Assembly: GCA_020635085.1 (NCBI GenBank)
Contig: JACKAL010000001.1
Coordinates: 221,318 to 285,317, forward strand
Direction of reading: 5' to 3'
DNA from: Pseudobdellovibrionaceae bacterium
GTDB lineage: Bacteria; Bdellovibrionota; Bdellovibrionia; Bdellovibrionales; JAGQZY01
Length of the DNA stretch: 64,000 nucleotides
Part shown: piece by piece, positions 53,657-63,699 of the stretch
Position numbering within the stretch: position 1 is the stretch's first letter
Layout: the number at the start of each line of letters is the position of its first letter
The notes under the pieces: model-generated
Database searches by the model: none
What the model saw: only the letters and a program-made list of their open reading frames with translations
What the model was told of the DNA's origin: nothing
Program-made: the position numbers and the translations under genes

Positions 53657-55807
53657 TTAAAAGTAGGCACGAATTCCAACAGAAAAATTGCGACCACCTA
53701 GCTGTGAAATGTCTTTAAGAATAGACACGTGGTTTCGCGCTTCTACGTTAAATAGGTTATTGACGCGGGCAAAGAATGAAAGTTGCTGAAGGCCTACCGT
53801 ATATTTGTAGATAGCACCTAAGTTGACTTGGTTATATCCATCGGTAGGGAGTTCGTTGGGAGCGACAATATTTTGTGCAAACACCCGTTGTAGTTCCAAA
53901 TCATAAATACAATCACCATGAGAGTAGCTTAAACCAAGAGTTGTACGTGGAGGCGTGATGCGTGGAAGATTTGTGTGATCTGTAACATTGCGTCCCCGAA
54001 GATAATCAGTTTTTATATAAATATCGGTGCGACCGGTGAAGGTTTGTAATATATCGTTGTAATGAAAATCTAATTCAAGACCATACAGAAAAGCATTCTT
54101 ACTGGTATAGTTATAAATAGGCAAGTCATCTGAGCTGTCGCCAGCTATTCCACTGTTGTTTGTATCATCAAAAGTGCCGGTAGGCGCAAGAAATATATAA
54201 TCATGAAACTTCTGACCAAAAGCACTCATCGCAAAACGTACTTTATCGGTTTGATAACGAAGAGAAAGATCTAGGGCTTGGGCTTTTTCTTTGCTCAAAT
54301 TAGAATTGCCCACTTGATAAGTAAATGTCGCCATGTGAGCACCACTGGCGAAAAGTTCTTGGTAGTTAGGTGCTCGTTCATTATAAGAAATTTGAGAGCT
54401 AACAGACCAAGAAGCATTTAGATTATGTAAGTAACCCAGCGCGAGACTGCCGAGAAAAAAAGAACGACTCTGCTGGAGGGTAAATTTACTATCGGCATAA
54501 GGGCGAATATGTTGCCCCTCTGCACGCGCACCAATATTGATCTTATCTTTATCGAAAGAAAATTCTTCGAAGGCAAATAACGCTTGTGCGGAATTGAGAG
54601 TTTCAGGAAGAAAAGCCTCATCACCGAGTGCAGAAAAACGAAAGATATTAGACTGGAAGCCGACTAATCCCGACAGTGCACCCGCTTTATGCTGCACGAA
54701 TTCTAGTCGGGTTTCGTTACCATTATTTTTAAACAGAGTCCCGATAATACCGTTTTCGATCTCGCGGTGTTTGTAAATAGATTGCGCAGATTTAAGACGA
54801 ATTGTTTTAAACAACTGCCAATTTTTCCACTCACTGGCGAGATCAAATCGAGATTGCTCCATCTTAATGCGCGTCTGTGGATCAGCTACAACACCATATT
54901 CATTGGCGAATATGCTAGCAGATACACCAATAATATTTTCGTCGCCGACATAGGTTGTACCAACCGCGCCCGATTGTGTTTCATTGGCGCTATTGGTGAG
55001 GTGATCGCGAGTTTCTTGATCGAGAGGGAGTGGATCAAGTTCACGTTTACGTGCAGAGCGTGCAAATCCGTTAATTTTTAAATCTTGTGTTTTACGATAA
55101 TTACCATCGACATGAAACATCCAACGATTTTTACCGTAATCTATTTTTGTACCAATGGTCTTGCCATTATCCATGGAGCTCAATTGACTATCCACAGCAC
55201 CATGAAAACCGTCTTGAAAGTCGGAGTGTGTACGGTTGGTTAAAATATTGACTACGCCACCTAATGCGGAGGAGCCATAGAGTAATGATAGCGGGCCACG
55301 GACAATTTCCACGCTGTCCATCATTAAAGGGTCAATTGGTATTGCATGATCTTGACTTGCCCCTGAAGCATCGAGAACACCAATACCATTTTGTAAAATA
55401 CGAATACGATCGCCATCGAGTCCACGAATTACGGGACGACCAGCACTAGGGCCGTAACTGGAGCTTGCAATGCCCACTTCGTTTTTTAAAGTGTCGCCAA
55501 GAGAGGTGGCGCGTACTTGTAAAAGTTTATCGCCGGAAAGTTTTGTGACACTTGGAACCATGTCATAAAGCGAGCTAGATTCATCATGCCCAAACACCAT
55601 GATTTTATCAGCCACATGTGAGGTTTCACTATCAGCGAGAGCATTTGTGGTCACAATATGAATGCAAATCATAAGGGTGAGCTTGAGACGCTTGATGGAT
55701 TTCAAATGAGAGAAGTTTGTGGTTCGATGGAATGTAATGGCATGTCTTAAATACATTCTAATGTTTTGATAAATCATACTTTTTGCTCCATCCGCAATAG
55801 AAATCAC
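53657..55807 (-). CDS. TonB-dependent outer-membrane receptor (start codon uncertain)
   Basis: Plug motifs (GPSAGRPVIRGLDGDRIRILQNG, DASGASQDHAIPIDP, VEIVRGP..LYGS..GGVVN), a long barrel and a C-terminal GIRAYF. A TTG at 55705 would give a canonical signal peptide (M)KSIKRLKLTLMICIHIVTTNALA. Confidence 0.9.
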   Translation of the reverse strand: MISIADGAKSMIYQNIRMYLRHAITFHRTTNFSHLKSIKRLKLTLMICIHIVTTNALADSETSHVADKIMVFGHDESSSLYDMVPSVTKLSGDKLLQVRATSLGDTLKNEVGIASSSYGPSAGRPVIRGLDGDRIRILQNGIGVLDASGASQDHAIPIDPLMMDSVEIVRGPLSLLYGSSALGGVVNILTNRTHSDFQDGFHGAVDSQLSSMDNGKTIGTKIDYGKNRWMFHVDGNYRKTQDLKINGFARSARKRELDPLPLDQETRDHLTNSANETQSGAVGTTYVGDENIIGVSASIFANEYGVVADPQTRIKMEQSRFDLASEWKNWQLFKTIRLKSAQSIYKHREIENGIIGTLFKNNGNETRLEFVQHKAGALSGLVGFQSNIFRFSALGDEAFLPETLNSAQALFAFEEFSFDKDKINIGARAEGQHIRPYADSKFTLQQSRSFFLGSLALGYLHNLNASWSVSSQISYNERAPNYQELFASGAHMATFTYQVGNSNLSKEKAQALDLSLRYQTDKVRFAMSAFGQKFHDYIFLAPTGTFDDTNNSGIAGDSSDDLPIYNYTSKNAFLYGLELDFHYNDILQTFTGRTDIYIKTDYLRGRNVTDHTNLPRITPPRTTLGLSYSHGDCIYDLELQRVFAQNIVAPNELPTDGYNQVNLGAIYKYTVGLQQLSFFARVNNLFNVEARNHVSILKDISQLGGRNFSVGIRAYF

Positions 55808-55904
55808 CTCTATAGATAAAAGAGTATCTTATTTAACGCAACAATATTGCATTAATAATTTAGACGCATAGTGGTAATGTGTAACAAGGCTATTCAAAAA
55901 CAAT

Positions 55905-57146
55905 CTAATGCGTAGATATATGCTTGTGTAAAACAAACTTCATGCAAATAAAGGCACAAATACTGAGGAGAGTAAATCCTGAAACCAGAGGTAGAATGCT
56001 GCCATTGTACATCTGCCCAATAGTCACACCAATAGTAACAGAAATAATATTTTGCAGAGTGCCGATGGCTGCAGAGGCAATACCTGCAATATGACCAAGA
56101 GGTTCTAGGGCCACTGCATTTAAGTTTCCAAAGAGAAGTCCTACACAAGAAAATGTACACGCTAAATAAATAAGAAACACAATGAGTGGCGGTATATTGC
56201 CAAAAATCTGCAGATAAATAGTAAAGGAGAGTGAAACGGTCATCATAATAAGAAGTGAAAAATAAATGAGCTTAGCCATTCCAAATTTATTTAAAAGACG
56301 AGAGTTGGCAAAGGAAGAGCCGCCAATGACGAGAGCGAGCGTGCCAAAATAAAGAGGAAAATGATCTGCATCGTGAAACACATCGGAAAAAATCTGCTGG
56401 GCTGAACTTAAATAACCAATGAGTGCGCCAAAAACTAAACCAGAAACAATGGTTGCAGGTAGAGAAATACGGTTAGTTAGAGTTTTCCACGTGTTTTGAC
56501 TAATATTTTTTAAAGAATAGGGTTTGCGTCGTTCAACTGATAGAGTTTCGGGTTGGCGCAATCCAAACCAGGTCAGAGCGATACAGGCAAGGCAGAGAAA
56601 AACAAAAAACATAAAACGCCAATTGACAAAAAATAACAATATTTGTCCAAAAGATGGCGCAATGGCAGGCACCAGGATAAATACGGTCATAATGAGTGAC
56701 ATAATTTTCGCCATCGCTTTGCCATGGTACTCATCACGAATTAAGGCCGTCGAAACAATACGCGGACCAGAAGCTCCAAAGCCTTGCAAGATACGACCTA
56801 GGAGCATCGTCGGAAGGTCTTGCGCCGCCATAGAAATAGCGCAGCCGATAACAAAAATCGCTCCCCCAAAGTAGATAGGTTTTTTTCGTCCAATGGCATC
56901 AGATAGGGGGCCAAATACTAATAACCCAAGACCAAAGCCTATAAATAAAAAAGGCACAATGAGTTGAATGTGATTAGCATACTGAATATGTAAATCGCGA
57001 CCAATTGTCGGTAGTGCTGGTAACACGGTATCGATAGATAAGGCCATAAGAGAGGTCATCAGAGCCATGATGATAACGAATTCCCACTTCGGAATGGGTT
57101 GGTGTTTCGGCGTAGCTTCAGCAAGAACATTCTCAACAGTCGTCAT
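55905..57146 (-). CDS. MFS transporter, Bcr/CflA drug-efflux subfamily
   Basis: 413 aa with 12 TM. MALSIDTVLPALPTIGRDL and GPLSDAIGRKKP are typical of Bcr/CflA. Confidence 0.87.
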   Translation of the reverse strand: MTTVENVLAEATPKHQPIPKWEFVIIMALMTSLMALSIDTVLPALPTIGRDLHIQYANHIQLIVPFLFIGFGLGLLVFGPLSDAIGRKKPIYFGGAIFVIGCAISMAAQDLPTMLLGRILQGFGASGPRIVSTALIRDEYHGKAMAKIMSLIMTVFILVPAIAPSFGQILLFFVNWRFMFFVFLCLACIALTWFGLRQPETLSVERRKPYSLKNISQNTWKTLTNRISLPATIVSGLVFGALIGYLSSAQQIFSDVFHDADHFPLYFGTLALVIGGSSFANSRLLNKFGMAKLIYFSLLIMMTVSLSFTIYLQIFGNIPPLIVFLIYLACTFSCVGLLFGNLNAVALEPLGHIAGIASAAIGTLQNIISVTIGVTIGQMYNGSILPLVSGFTLLSICAFICMKFVLHKHISTH

Positions 57147-57309
57147 AACCGTATTAAGTTAGTGCACAAATATGTATGACGTCAAATTTTATAGAGTACG
57201 TCCCTTGGGGAATATGGGTCGTTTAAGTACCCTAGGCTTAAGTCGATTTAGGTGCAGTTACAACTCATAAAAAAATCGAAATTTACCGAAGAGAATCAGG
57301 GGGATAAAT

Positions 57310-59418
57310 ATGAATCGTAACATCAAACGAGTCGCCTTCGCTTTACTTATTTCGACCAGTTCTTTCTTGACGACGGTGATCTGGTTTCGCTCGGGCCAAA
57401 CGCACATGAAGATAGCCAATCGAAAACCAATTGCGAAATTAAATGAATCATTAAACGATGTTCAGCGCAAACCAGTTCAGCGGGTTATCTGGGAAACTGT
57501 AAGCAAAAATGATTCTTTATATGCAGGAGAAGCTATTCGTACTGCAGCAAATGGTGAAGCCAAAATTGTACTTTTAAAATCGGGAGCGGTTATTCATCTC
57601 GATTCGGATTCTCTTGTTGTGCTCGAGGAAAATGAAAAAGGTTTAAGTCTCGATTTCTTAGAAGGAAACATGTACGTACAAGGGGCGGAGGATAGTAAGA
57701 CAGACGACATCACCCTCAAAACTGGTAATGGTGAAGTAAAATTAAATTCAGCAGATTTAAGTTTATCGCGAAGCCAAGAGGGTAATGTCAACATGTCCGT
57801 GTTTAAAGGGCAGGCAGAATTACAGCAAGGCGATAAGAAAATTGCATTAGCAAAAGAGTCATCTGCTACTTTCTCAAAAGAAGGTTTTAGTTTAGATAAG
57901 GATCGTGTGCAAATCACCTGGCCATATCCAGGAGAAACAGTTCTTCTTAATTTGATGGGCAAAGAAAAATTAGCCGTGCAATTTAAACCATTGCCAGCAG
58001 GGTATAAAGTATTTATGGCACTGGGAACATCACGTTCGAATATGAAAGATACGGGCGCGGTTGTAGACGGCAACGTTGGAAAACTCACCACAGAGGGTAA
58101 GGCTGGTAAATGGTATTTTCGTCTCGTCGCAAAATCAGATAATCCTGATTTGCCACCATTAACTTCCTCAGTACTATCAGTAAACATAGACCCGAAAGCT
58201 GCCCCATCGCCTATTGAACCTAGTGGTAATGAACCGGTTGTAAAGGGAGAAAACCATTTACCTGTTCATTTTCAGTGGGTCAACCGACACTCTTTTCAAT
58301 CGCAAGTGCTAGAAATATCTCAAGATAAAAATTTTAAAGATATTTTAAATAAAAAAGTTTTTTATGATCAATCTTCTAATTATGTTTACGATCTTAAAGC
58401 AGGGACTTACTATTGGCGAGTTACCGGTTTTATTAATTCGCAAGGTCAGCAGGAGGGTCTTTCGAGTGCGCCTGTACAATTTTTGGTGCAAGATGCATGG
58501 GAGATGAAGGCACCTATATTGGCATCACCTCAAGCAAATCAACTGATTCCTTATATGCAAGCACAGAAAGAAGGGTTATTGTTAAAATGGACTCCGCCTC
58601 AGGGAGTTAAAGAGTTTGCCGTAGTGATGGAGCGTAAAGAAGATAGTTCGTGGAAAAGTGTTATTGCCGAAACAGCAGATACTGCCATTTTACGATTAAC
58701 AGATTTAATAGCAGGAGATTACCGCTGGAAGGTTGCAAGCATTCATCCTAAGAATAAAAATCATAAAGAATCTGAATGGTCATTTTTTTCAATAGGAAGT
58801 ATGCCAAAAATGGAATGGGCAGACGCTAATACAGATTATGAATTTGCTACTTCGACACCGACTTTAAAAATACAGTGGCGCGCTTTTTCACGAGCAACGG
58901 CATCATATCGCTATTTTGTAAAACCCAAAGAGGGTACAGAAGAGCTAGCCTGGAAGAGTACAAAAGAAACTTCCGTAGAAAGTGAAATTCCAAATGAAGG
59001 TAATTATATAATACAGGTACAGGCATTGAATAACTCTGAGCAAATTATTGCTGAGAGCGATCTGCGCACTATTATGGTAAAAAAGTTTTCATTATTGCCT
59101 GCTCCAAAGTGGGCGAATAACACTCCGGAGACTTTCGAGGCAGATGCCAAAGGAAACTTACAGTTGGCATGGCAAAATGTAGAAGGTGCAGATCACTATA
59201 TTATGATTATAGAAAATGAAGGTAAAATTGTTCAAAAGAAAAAAGTAGATCGCACATTAGCATCTTTGTCGCGATTAAAGCCTGGCAAATATAAAGTTCA
59301 TTTAAAATCAGTGGATCGTCTAAAGCGAGAAGGTAATGAGATGAGCTCAAAGGAGCTAATCGTGCCCCAAAATAGCGACATTGGTGCGCCTAGGATTAAG
59401 AGTATAAAAGTAAAATGA
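57310..59418 (+). CDS. membrane-anchored FecR-domain protein with about five Fn3/Ig-like repeats
   Basis: N-terminal anchor VAFALLISTSSFLTTVIWF. The FecR-like stretch is VIWETVSKNDSLYAGEAIRTAANGEAKIVLLKSGAVIHLDSDSLVVLEE. Repeated W..V.GA..Y and G.Y.W.V strand motifs follow (LQLAWQNVEGADHY, GTYYWRVTG, GDYRWKVAS). Confidence 0.7.
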   Translation: MNRNIKRVAFALLISTSSFLTTVIWFRSGQTHMKIANRKPIAKLNESLNDVQRKPVQRVIWETVSKNDSLYAGEAIRTAANGEAKIVLLKSGAVIHLDSDSLVVLEENEKGLSLDFLEGNMYVQGAEDSKTDDITLKTGNGEVKLNSADLSLSRSQEGNVNMSVFKGQAELQQGDKKIALAKESSATFSKEGFSLDKDRVQITWPYPGETVLLNLMGKEKLAVQFKPLPAGYKVFMALGTSRSNMKDTGAVVDGNVGKLTTEGKAGKWYFRLVAKSDNPDLPPLTSSVLSVNIDPKAAPSPIEPSGNEPVVKGENHLPVHFQWVNRHSFQSQVLEISQDKNFKDILNKKVFYDQSSNYVYDLKAGTYYWRVTGFINSQGQQEGLSSAPVQFLVQDAWEMKAPILASPQANQLIPYMQAQKEGLLLKWTPPQGVKEFAVVMERKEDSSWKSVIAETADTAILRLTDLIAGDYRWKVASIHPKNKNHKESEWSFFSIGSMPKMEWADANTDYEFATSTPTLKIQWRAFSRATASYRYFVKPKEGTEELAWKSTKETSVESEIPNEGNYIIQVQALNNSEQIIAESDLRTIMVKKFSLLPAPKWANNTPETFEADAKGNLQLAWQNVEGADHYIMIIENEGKIVQKKKVDRTLASLSRLKPGKYKVHLKSVDRLKREGNEMSSKELIVPQNSDIGAPRIKSIKVK

Positions 59419-61034
59419 TATCATTACGTTTTGGTTTCACATTTTTAATTTTGCTAGGGGTGAGTTTACCAACACTCTCTCATGCACAAAATCGTGTGCG
59501 ACGAAACGTCGAAGTTGAGTGGGACACAATAGAAAATGCAACTCAGTACGAAGTACAGGTGATTCGAACGGATGATGCCAACAAAAAACCTCTTCGTTTT
59601 AAAACGCAGTCGCCTCAGTGGTCTGCTACAATTAAGCCAGGTCTCTATAAAATGCAAGTGCGTAGCTATGACGATCGCGGCGTGCCCGGGAGCTGGTCAC
59701 CTGAGTCAGAGTTGTTGGTAAAGCTTCCATCTGTAATTTCGATCTTTCCTGAAGAGAAAAAAATTATAAATGCTAAAGAAGAGGATAAACGTAACATAGA
59801 ATTTAAGTGGGAGACAGTGCCTGGGGCAGAGAAATACAGGGTAAAAGCGCAAACTGCAGACAGCGTTTGGACATTTGAGCAAGATATAAACGATACAAAG
59901 ATAAAAATTGATGTACCGGTAGGGGCAGTTATTTCCTGGGAAGTGGTGGCCATCAATGATAAGGGAGAAGAGGGCGATAGGTGGAAATCTGTAGAAACCT
60001 TCGAAGTATATGGCCCTGCTTTGAAAAAGCCAGTTATAGAGAAACCTTTTTCAAAGTTTGTTAAAGAACTCAAGTGGAGTGAGGCGACTCATGCACAGTA
60101 TTACAAGTACGATCTTAAGTATTACAATCGTAAGAGTAAAAAATGGGACTTGGTAGAGAGTAAAGATAATTACCCAGAAACCACATTAAAACTTGATACA
60201 TCACGTCCCACAGGAATGTATAAAATTGCAGTTCAGGCTGTTGGCGAACATCGAAAACCATCTAATATATTTGTGCGCAAATTCACAATGATGGGAGGTT
60301 TTCGTGATCCTGCATCTTTGGAGTCGGCGATTTTAGTAGACTCTATTACCAAGCCAACAAACTTTTATGTTATTGCCAGTTACTTTACAACCCAAGTGCA
60401 GTATGAAGCACATAATTATGATGCAAATACCAAAGCTTCGTTTGGTGCACTAGGAGCTGTTGGGAGATTGGGTTTTGGTTATCAAAATCCCAAATCAAAG
60501 TGGGGTGCCTTTGCTATTGCTGATATGAGTGCATTTATTATTGGAGGTGGTTCACACACATTTACCTCACTAGAGGCACATGCCACGCGCCGATATGGTA
60601 TTGCCAACAGCGATGTTCTATTACTGGGTGCGGGAATTTTTTCGAAAGAAATACCGATTGTTGTTGGATCTCAAGATAATGGTTACATCAGCGCGGGTAA
60701 GGTGAGTAATATCGGTCCCCATGCTGGGTTTACCTACTGGACACCCATTACAGATCATTACGGATTTCAACTCAATGGACGAATTTACTACACACTATCT
60801 GGTTCCGGTCCTTCAGGAAAAACTCATCCAGCAGTATCGTATCTTATTGGTGGTCTTGGTAGTTATAGATTGAGCACAGCTTGGATGGGCTATTTGGGAT
60901 ATGCCTATCGCGTGGACCAAACAATCTATGCTACGAATCCGAACGATCCGCTTTCATTCGCCGGTAGCCATTCCACAAATGATGTCACCTTTCGCGGTCA
61001 TTTTCTCAATCTTATGTTCGAGTACAGTTTTTAA
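59415..61034 (+). CDS. secreted protein: three Fn3/Ig-like repeats plus C-terminal outer-membrane beta-barrel
   Basis: ATGA overlap with the upstream gene. Signal peptide ending TLSHA. Repeats VEVEWDTIENATQYEV, IEFKWETVPGAEKYRV and LKWSEATHAQYYKY. The last ~240 aa are G/Y/S/T-rich with alternating hydrophobic residues and end in FEYSF. Confidence 0.65.
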   Translation: MISLRFGFTFLILLGVSLPTLSHAQNRVRRNVEVEWDTIENATQYEVQVIRTDDANKKPLRFKTQSPQWSATIKPGLYKMQVRSYDDRGVPGSWSPESELLVKLPSVISIFPEEKKIINAKEEDKRNIEFKWETVPGAEKYRVKAQTADSVWTFEQDINDTKIKIDVPVGAVISWEVVAINDKGEEGDRWKSVETFEVYGPALKKPVIEKPFSKFVKELKWSEATHAQYYKYDLKYYNRKSKKWDLVESKDNYPETTLKLDTSRPTGMYKIAVQAVGEHRKPSNIFVRKFTMMGGFRDPASLESAILVDSITKPTNFYVIASYFTTQVQYEAHNYDANTKASFGALGAVGRLGFGYQNPKSKWGAFAIADMSAFIIGGGSHTFTSLEAHATRRYGIANSDVLLLGAGIFSKEIPIVVGSQDNGYISAGKVSNIGPHAGFTYWTPITDHYGFQLNGRIYYTLSGSGPSGKTHPAVSYLIGGLGSYRLSTAWMGYLGYAYRVDQTIYATNPNDPLSFAGSHSTNDVTFRGHFLNLMFEYSF

Positions 61035-61138
61035 AGAGACGTGGATCATGCCTGGTTAGGGTAGGAACACATCTAGAGATATCAATAATTTTTTTTACAT
61101 ATGTTGATGGTCTGTCGTAATAAGTATATGCACCATTT

Positions 61139-62983
61139 TTAATTAGCCATTTTGACTTTGTCGGCGGCTTCTGCATCGTAGTCGCTGAAGGGCGTTTTAA
61201 CAATAATCGGGTTCTTGGCTTCATCGTAATAGCCACGCACTTTGTAGAGACGAAGTGGTTCACTTTTCCCTTTAACTTCAACGCGACCTGCTTCTTCAAC
61301 GATGAATTCATCTTTTACATGATCGGCGAGTGAATCACTCATTAAAAAATCAGTACCAAAAGCTTTGGTTGAAGATTCAATACGTGAAGCCTGGTTGACG
61401 GTATCGCCAATAACGGTGTATTCCATGCGTTCGGAAGAACCTACGGTTCCGGAAATGGCCTCTCCACGGTGGAGACCAATACCAATTTTAATCGGCACAT
61501 GCCCCCGCTCTTCGCGAATACGATTGAGGTTCGCAAGAGCTTGGCGCATTTCTAAGCAAGCTTTTACTGCATTTTGAGTATCACGTTCCGTACTATTAGG
61601 TGCACCCCAAACAGCCATAATAGCGTCACCGATAAATTTATCCACAATGCCGCCATGTTTATTGATAATACTGACCATGATTTGAAAATATTCATTCAAC
61701 ATACTAACTACTTCCTCAGGTGAGTGACCTTCTGAGAATTTAGTAAAGTCACGAACATCAGAGAAAAATACAGTCACTGTTTTTTTACTTCCACCGAGTT
61801 GCAAATCACCTTTTAATAAATCCTCTGTTACTGAGGAGCCGTGGAATTTATTAAACATGCTTTTTACCTTGTCGCGTTCAAGAAGTCCTTCTAGCATATG
61901 ATTAAAGGCTTCGCCGAGTTGTCCAACTTCATCACGTGTTTTTACATTTGCTTTAGCAGAAAAATCGCCATGTGCTACTTTATTGGTAAGTTCCACGAGT
62001 TTTTCAATAGGTGTAGTAAGAGTAATTGAAAATATAAATACAAGAAATAAAGCAACAGAAAGAATACGCCCAGCAATGTAAAATGCTTCTCGCTTCATGG
62101 CGTGTGCGGCCTCAAGAATGACTGCATCGGAGGCTACGGCGATCGTTGTTACTCCAAGAGAAGTTTTTGTATAAGCTGCGGTAAAAGACTCGCCTGTCTT
62201 GCTATCGCTATAGCGCATCTGCCCTTGTTTTAGCTCGGATGCTAATGCGTTTTTAACAATTGGAATAGAAATCATGGATTCGTTCTTTAGAACTTTTTTT
62301 TCATCAGCATGAGCAAGCAGGCGTCCCTGATCATCAATAAGATAAAGACTGCGATCGCTTACTGATGAGAAAGATTTTAATAGTCGATCTAAACGAATCT
62401 CAGCAAGAACTATGTGGGTCACAATTCCATATTCATCTTTTGCGAGTGGAAAACCTATTGTAAATAAGGGTGCGCCATCTTTAATCGTAGAATTACGTAT
62501 TTCTATGTGCCCTTCTTTACCGCTAAAGAGGGTTTCTATATTTACAATTTTATTTACGAGTTGTGTCGAGCGAAGTTTATCGGCAAAACTTTTGTCGAGC
62601 TTATATTGCTGAAGATACTCTGCATTAATTACACGTAATGGAGCAAGATCAGCATTGCGGGAAATGACATCGACAATGACAAAATCTTTATCTCGTCCAA
62701 AGGTCAGGTCTAGGGCCTTGGCTTTTTCTTCTGACGAACCCGTATCTTTCATAAGAAGGGAGGCAATCACTTTTGCCTTATCTATATAAGATAATAAAAG
62801 TCCCTCGACTTCTGCAGAGCGTGCACGTGATTGATCGCGACTGGCTTGCTCTTCGCGATCAATGGAAATCTCCTCGAAACGATTAGCGCTTTCTCGAGCG
62901 AGAATAACTGTAGTGACAGCCAAAAGAAAAATTGTCACTGTAATCAGTTTTACGGAAATAGATATGTGAAAACGCCATTTCAT
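61139..62983 (-). CDS. class III adenylate/guanylate cyclase with periplasmic Cache-like sensor and HAMP domain
   Basis: TM1, a ~270-aa periplasmic region, TM2, HAMP (DEVGQLGEAFNHMLEGL), then the cyclase motifs VTVFFSDVRDFTKFSE, KFIGDAIMAVWGAP and GTVGS..RMEYTVIGDTVNQASRIES. Confidence 0.9.
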   Translation of the reverse strand: MKWRFHISISVKLITVTIFLLAVTTVILARESANRFEEISIDREEQASRDQSRARSAEVEGLLLSYIDKAKVIASLLMKDTGSSEEKAKALDLTFGRDKDFVIVDVISRNADLAPLRVINAEYLQQYKLDKSFADKLRSTQLVNKIVNIETLFSGKEGHIEIRNSTIKDGAPLFTIGFPLAKDEYGIVTHIVLAEIRLDRLLKSFSSVSDRSLYLIDDQGRLLAHADEKKVLKNESMISIPIVKNALASELKQGQMRYSDSKTGESFTAAYTKTSLGVTTIAVASDAVILEAAHAMKREAFYIAGRILSVALFLVFIFSITLTTPIEKLVELTNKVAHGDFSAKANVKTRDEVGQLGEAFNHMLEGLLERDKVKSMFNKFHGSSVTEDLLKGDLQLGGSKKTVTVFFSDVRDFTKFSEGHSPEEVVSMLNEYFQIMVSIINKHGGIVDKFIGDAIMAVWGAPNSTERDTQNAVKACLEMRQALANLNRIREERGHVPIKIGIGLHRGEAISGTVGSSERMEYTVIGDTVNQASRIESSTKAFGTDFLMSDSLADHVKDEFIVEEAGRVEVKGKSEPLRLYKVRGYYDEAKNPIIVKTPFSDYDAEAADKVKMAN

Positions 62984-63057
62984 GATTTATCTATCGGATT
63001 ATCTATAGAAATTCCTTATTTTTTGTAAAAAGCGACAATGTCGAACTCGATACGTTC

Positions 63058-63699
63058 CTAATTATTTATACGAATTCCCATGTGTGCTTTAAAACCATTA
63101 GTTGTTCCATCTGTCTTAGTTAAGGCATCATCAGCGTTAATTATCGGACTATTTGATTTATCTGAGATACGGACTTTAGCCTTAAAGCCATTGGCTGTGC
63201 CATCAGTGATGAATTTTCCTCCTGTACCTCCAGAGGTAACAACCGTATTGCGTTTACCGCCAAGAGCAGATGAGTAGGTAATAATAATTTTACTTGGTTT
63301 AGAATCACCAGCACTAGTCACGCCGACAAGTTGTATTTCGTAAACAGCATTTTCACTTACAGTATAACCGAGTGCTGCTAAGCTTTTAAGTTCAAATGAG
63401 AATTTTTTATTGGATGTACAGTTCATTTTGATATCGCTTACAGATAAATCACGAACTGAGGAGATCGTAGTTGAAGATCCTGTGGCACTGCCTTTTAGAT
63501 TACTAATTTTTGGATCACACTCACCATTGATATCGAAAGTGATTGAGTCACTTGCTGTGTAGATTTGTTTTACTGAACTACCTAAAAACAAAGGTTGCGG
63601 AATTTTATCTGAATCGATGGTGTCGAAATCAGGATTCACTTTACTGCAGGAAAGTGCAGAAAAGAGTACCAATATGAGACATATTTTTGTACGATTCAT
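63058..63699 (-). CDS. lipoprotein, hypothetical
   Basis: ATG 63699 gives MNRTKICLILVLFSALSC (lipobox). The C-terminus carries two DGT(A/T)NGFKA motifs about 30 aa apart. Confidence 0.6.
   Translation of the reverse strand: MNRTKICLILVLFSALSCSKVNPDFDTIDSDKIPQPLFLGSSVKQIYTASDSITFDINGECDPKISNLKGSATGSSTTISSVRDLSVSDIKMNCTSNKKFSFELKSLAALGYTVSENAVYEIQLVGVTSAGDSKPSKIIITYSSALGGKRNTVVTSGGTGGKFITDGTANGFKAKVRISDKSNSPIINADDALTKTDGTTNGFKAHMGIRINN

Noticed and set aside
55840-55863. Fur-box-like AT-rich sequence (CAACAATATTGCATTAATAATTTA) upstream of the TonB-dependent receptor
   Set aside because: Only one of the three NATWAT hexamers fits, and the region is generally AT-rich. This is not sufficient to call a Fur site.
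57594-58187. 197-aa ORF on the - strand
   Set aside because: It is antisense to the FecR-domain gene, whose frame carries repeated structured motifs. The translation is Ser/Pro/Leu-rich with no RBS. Shadow ORF.
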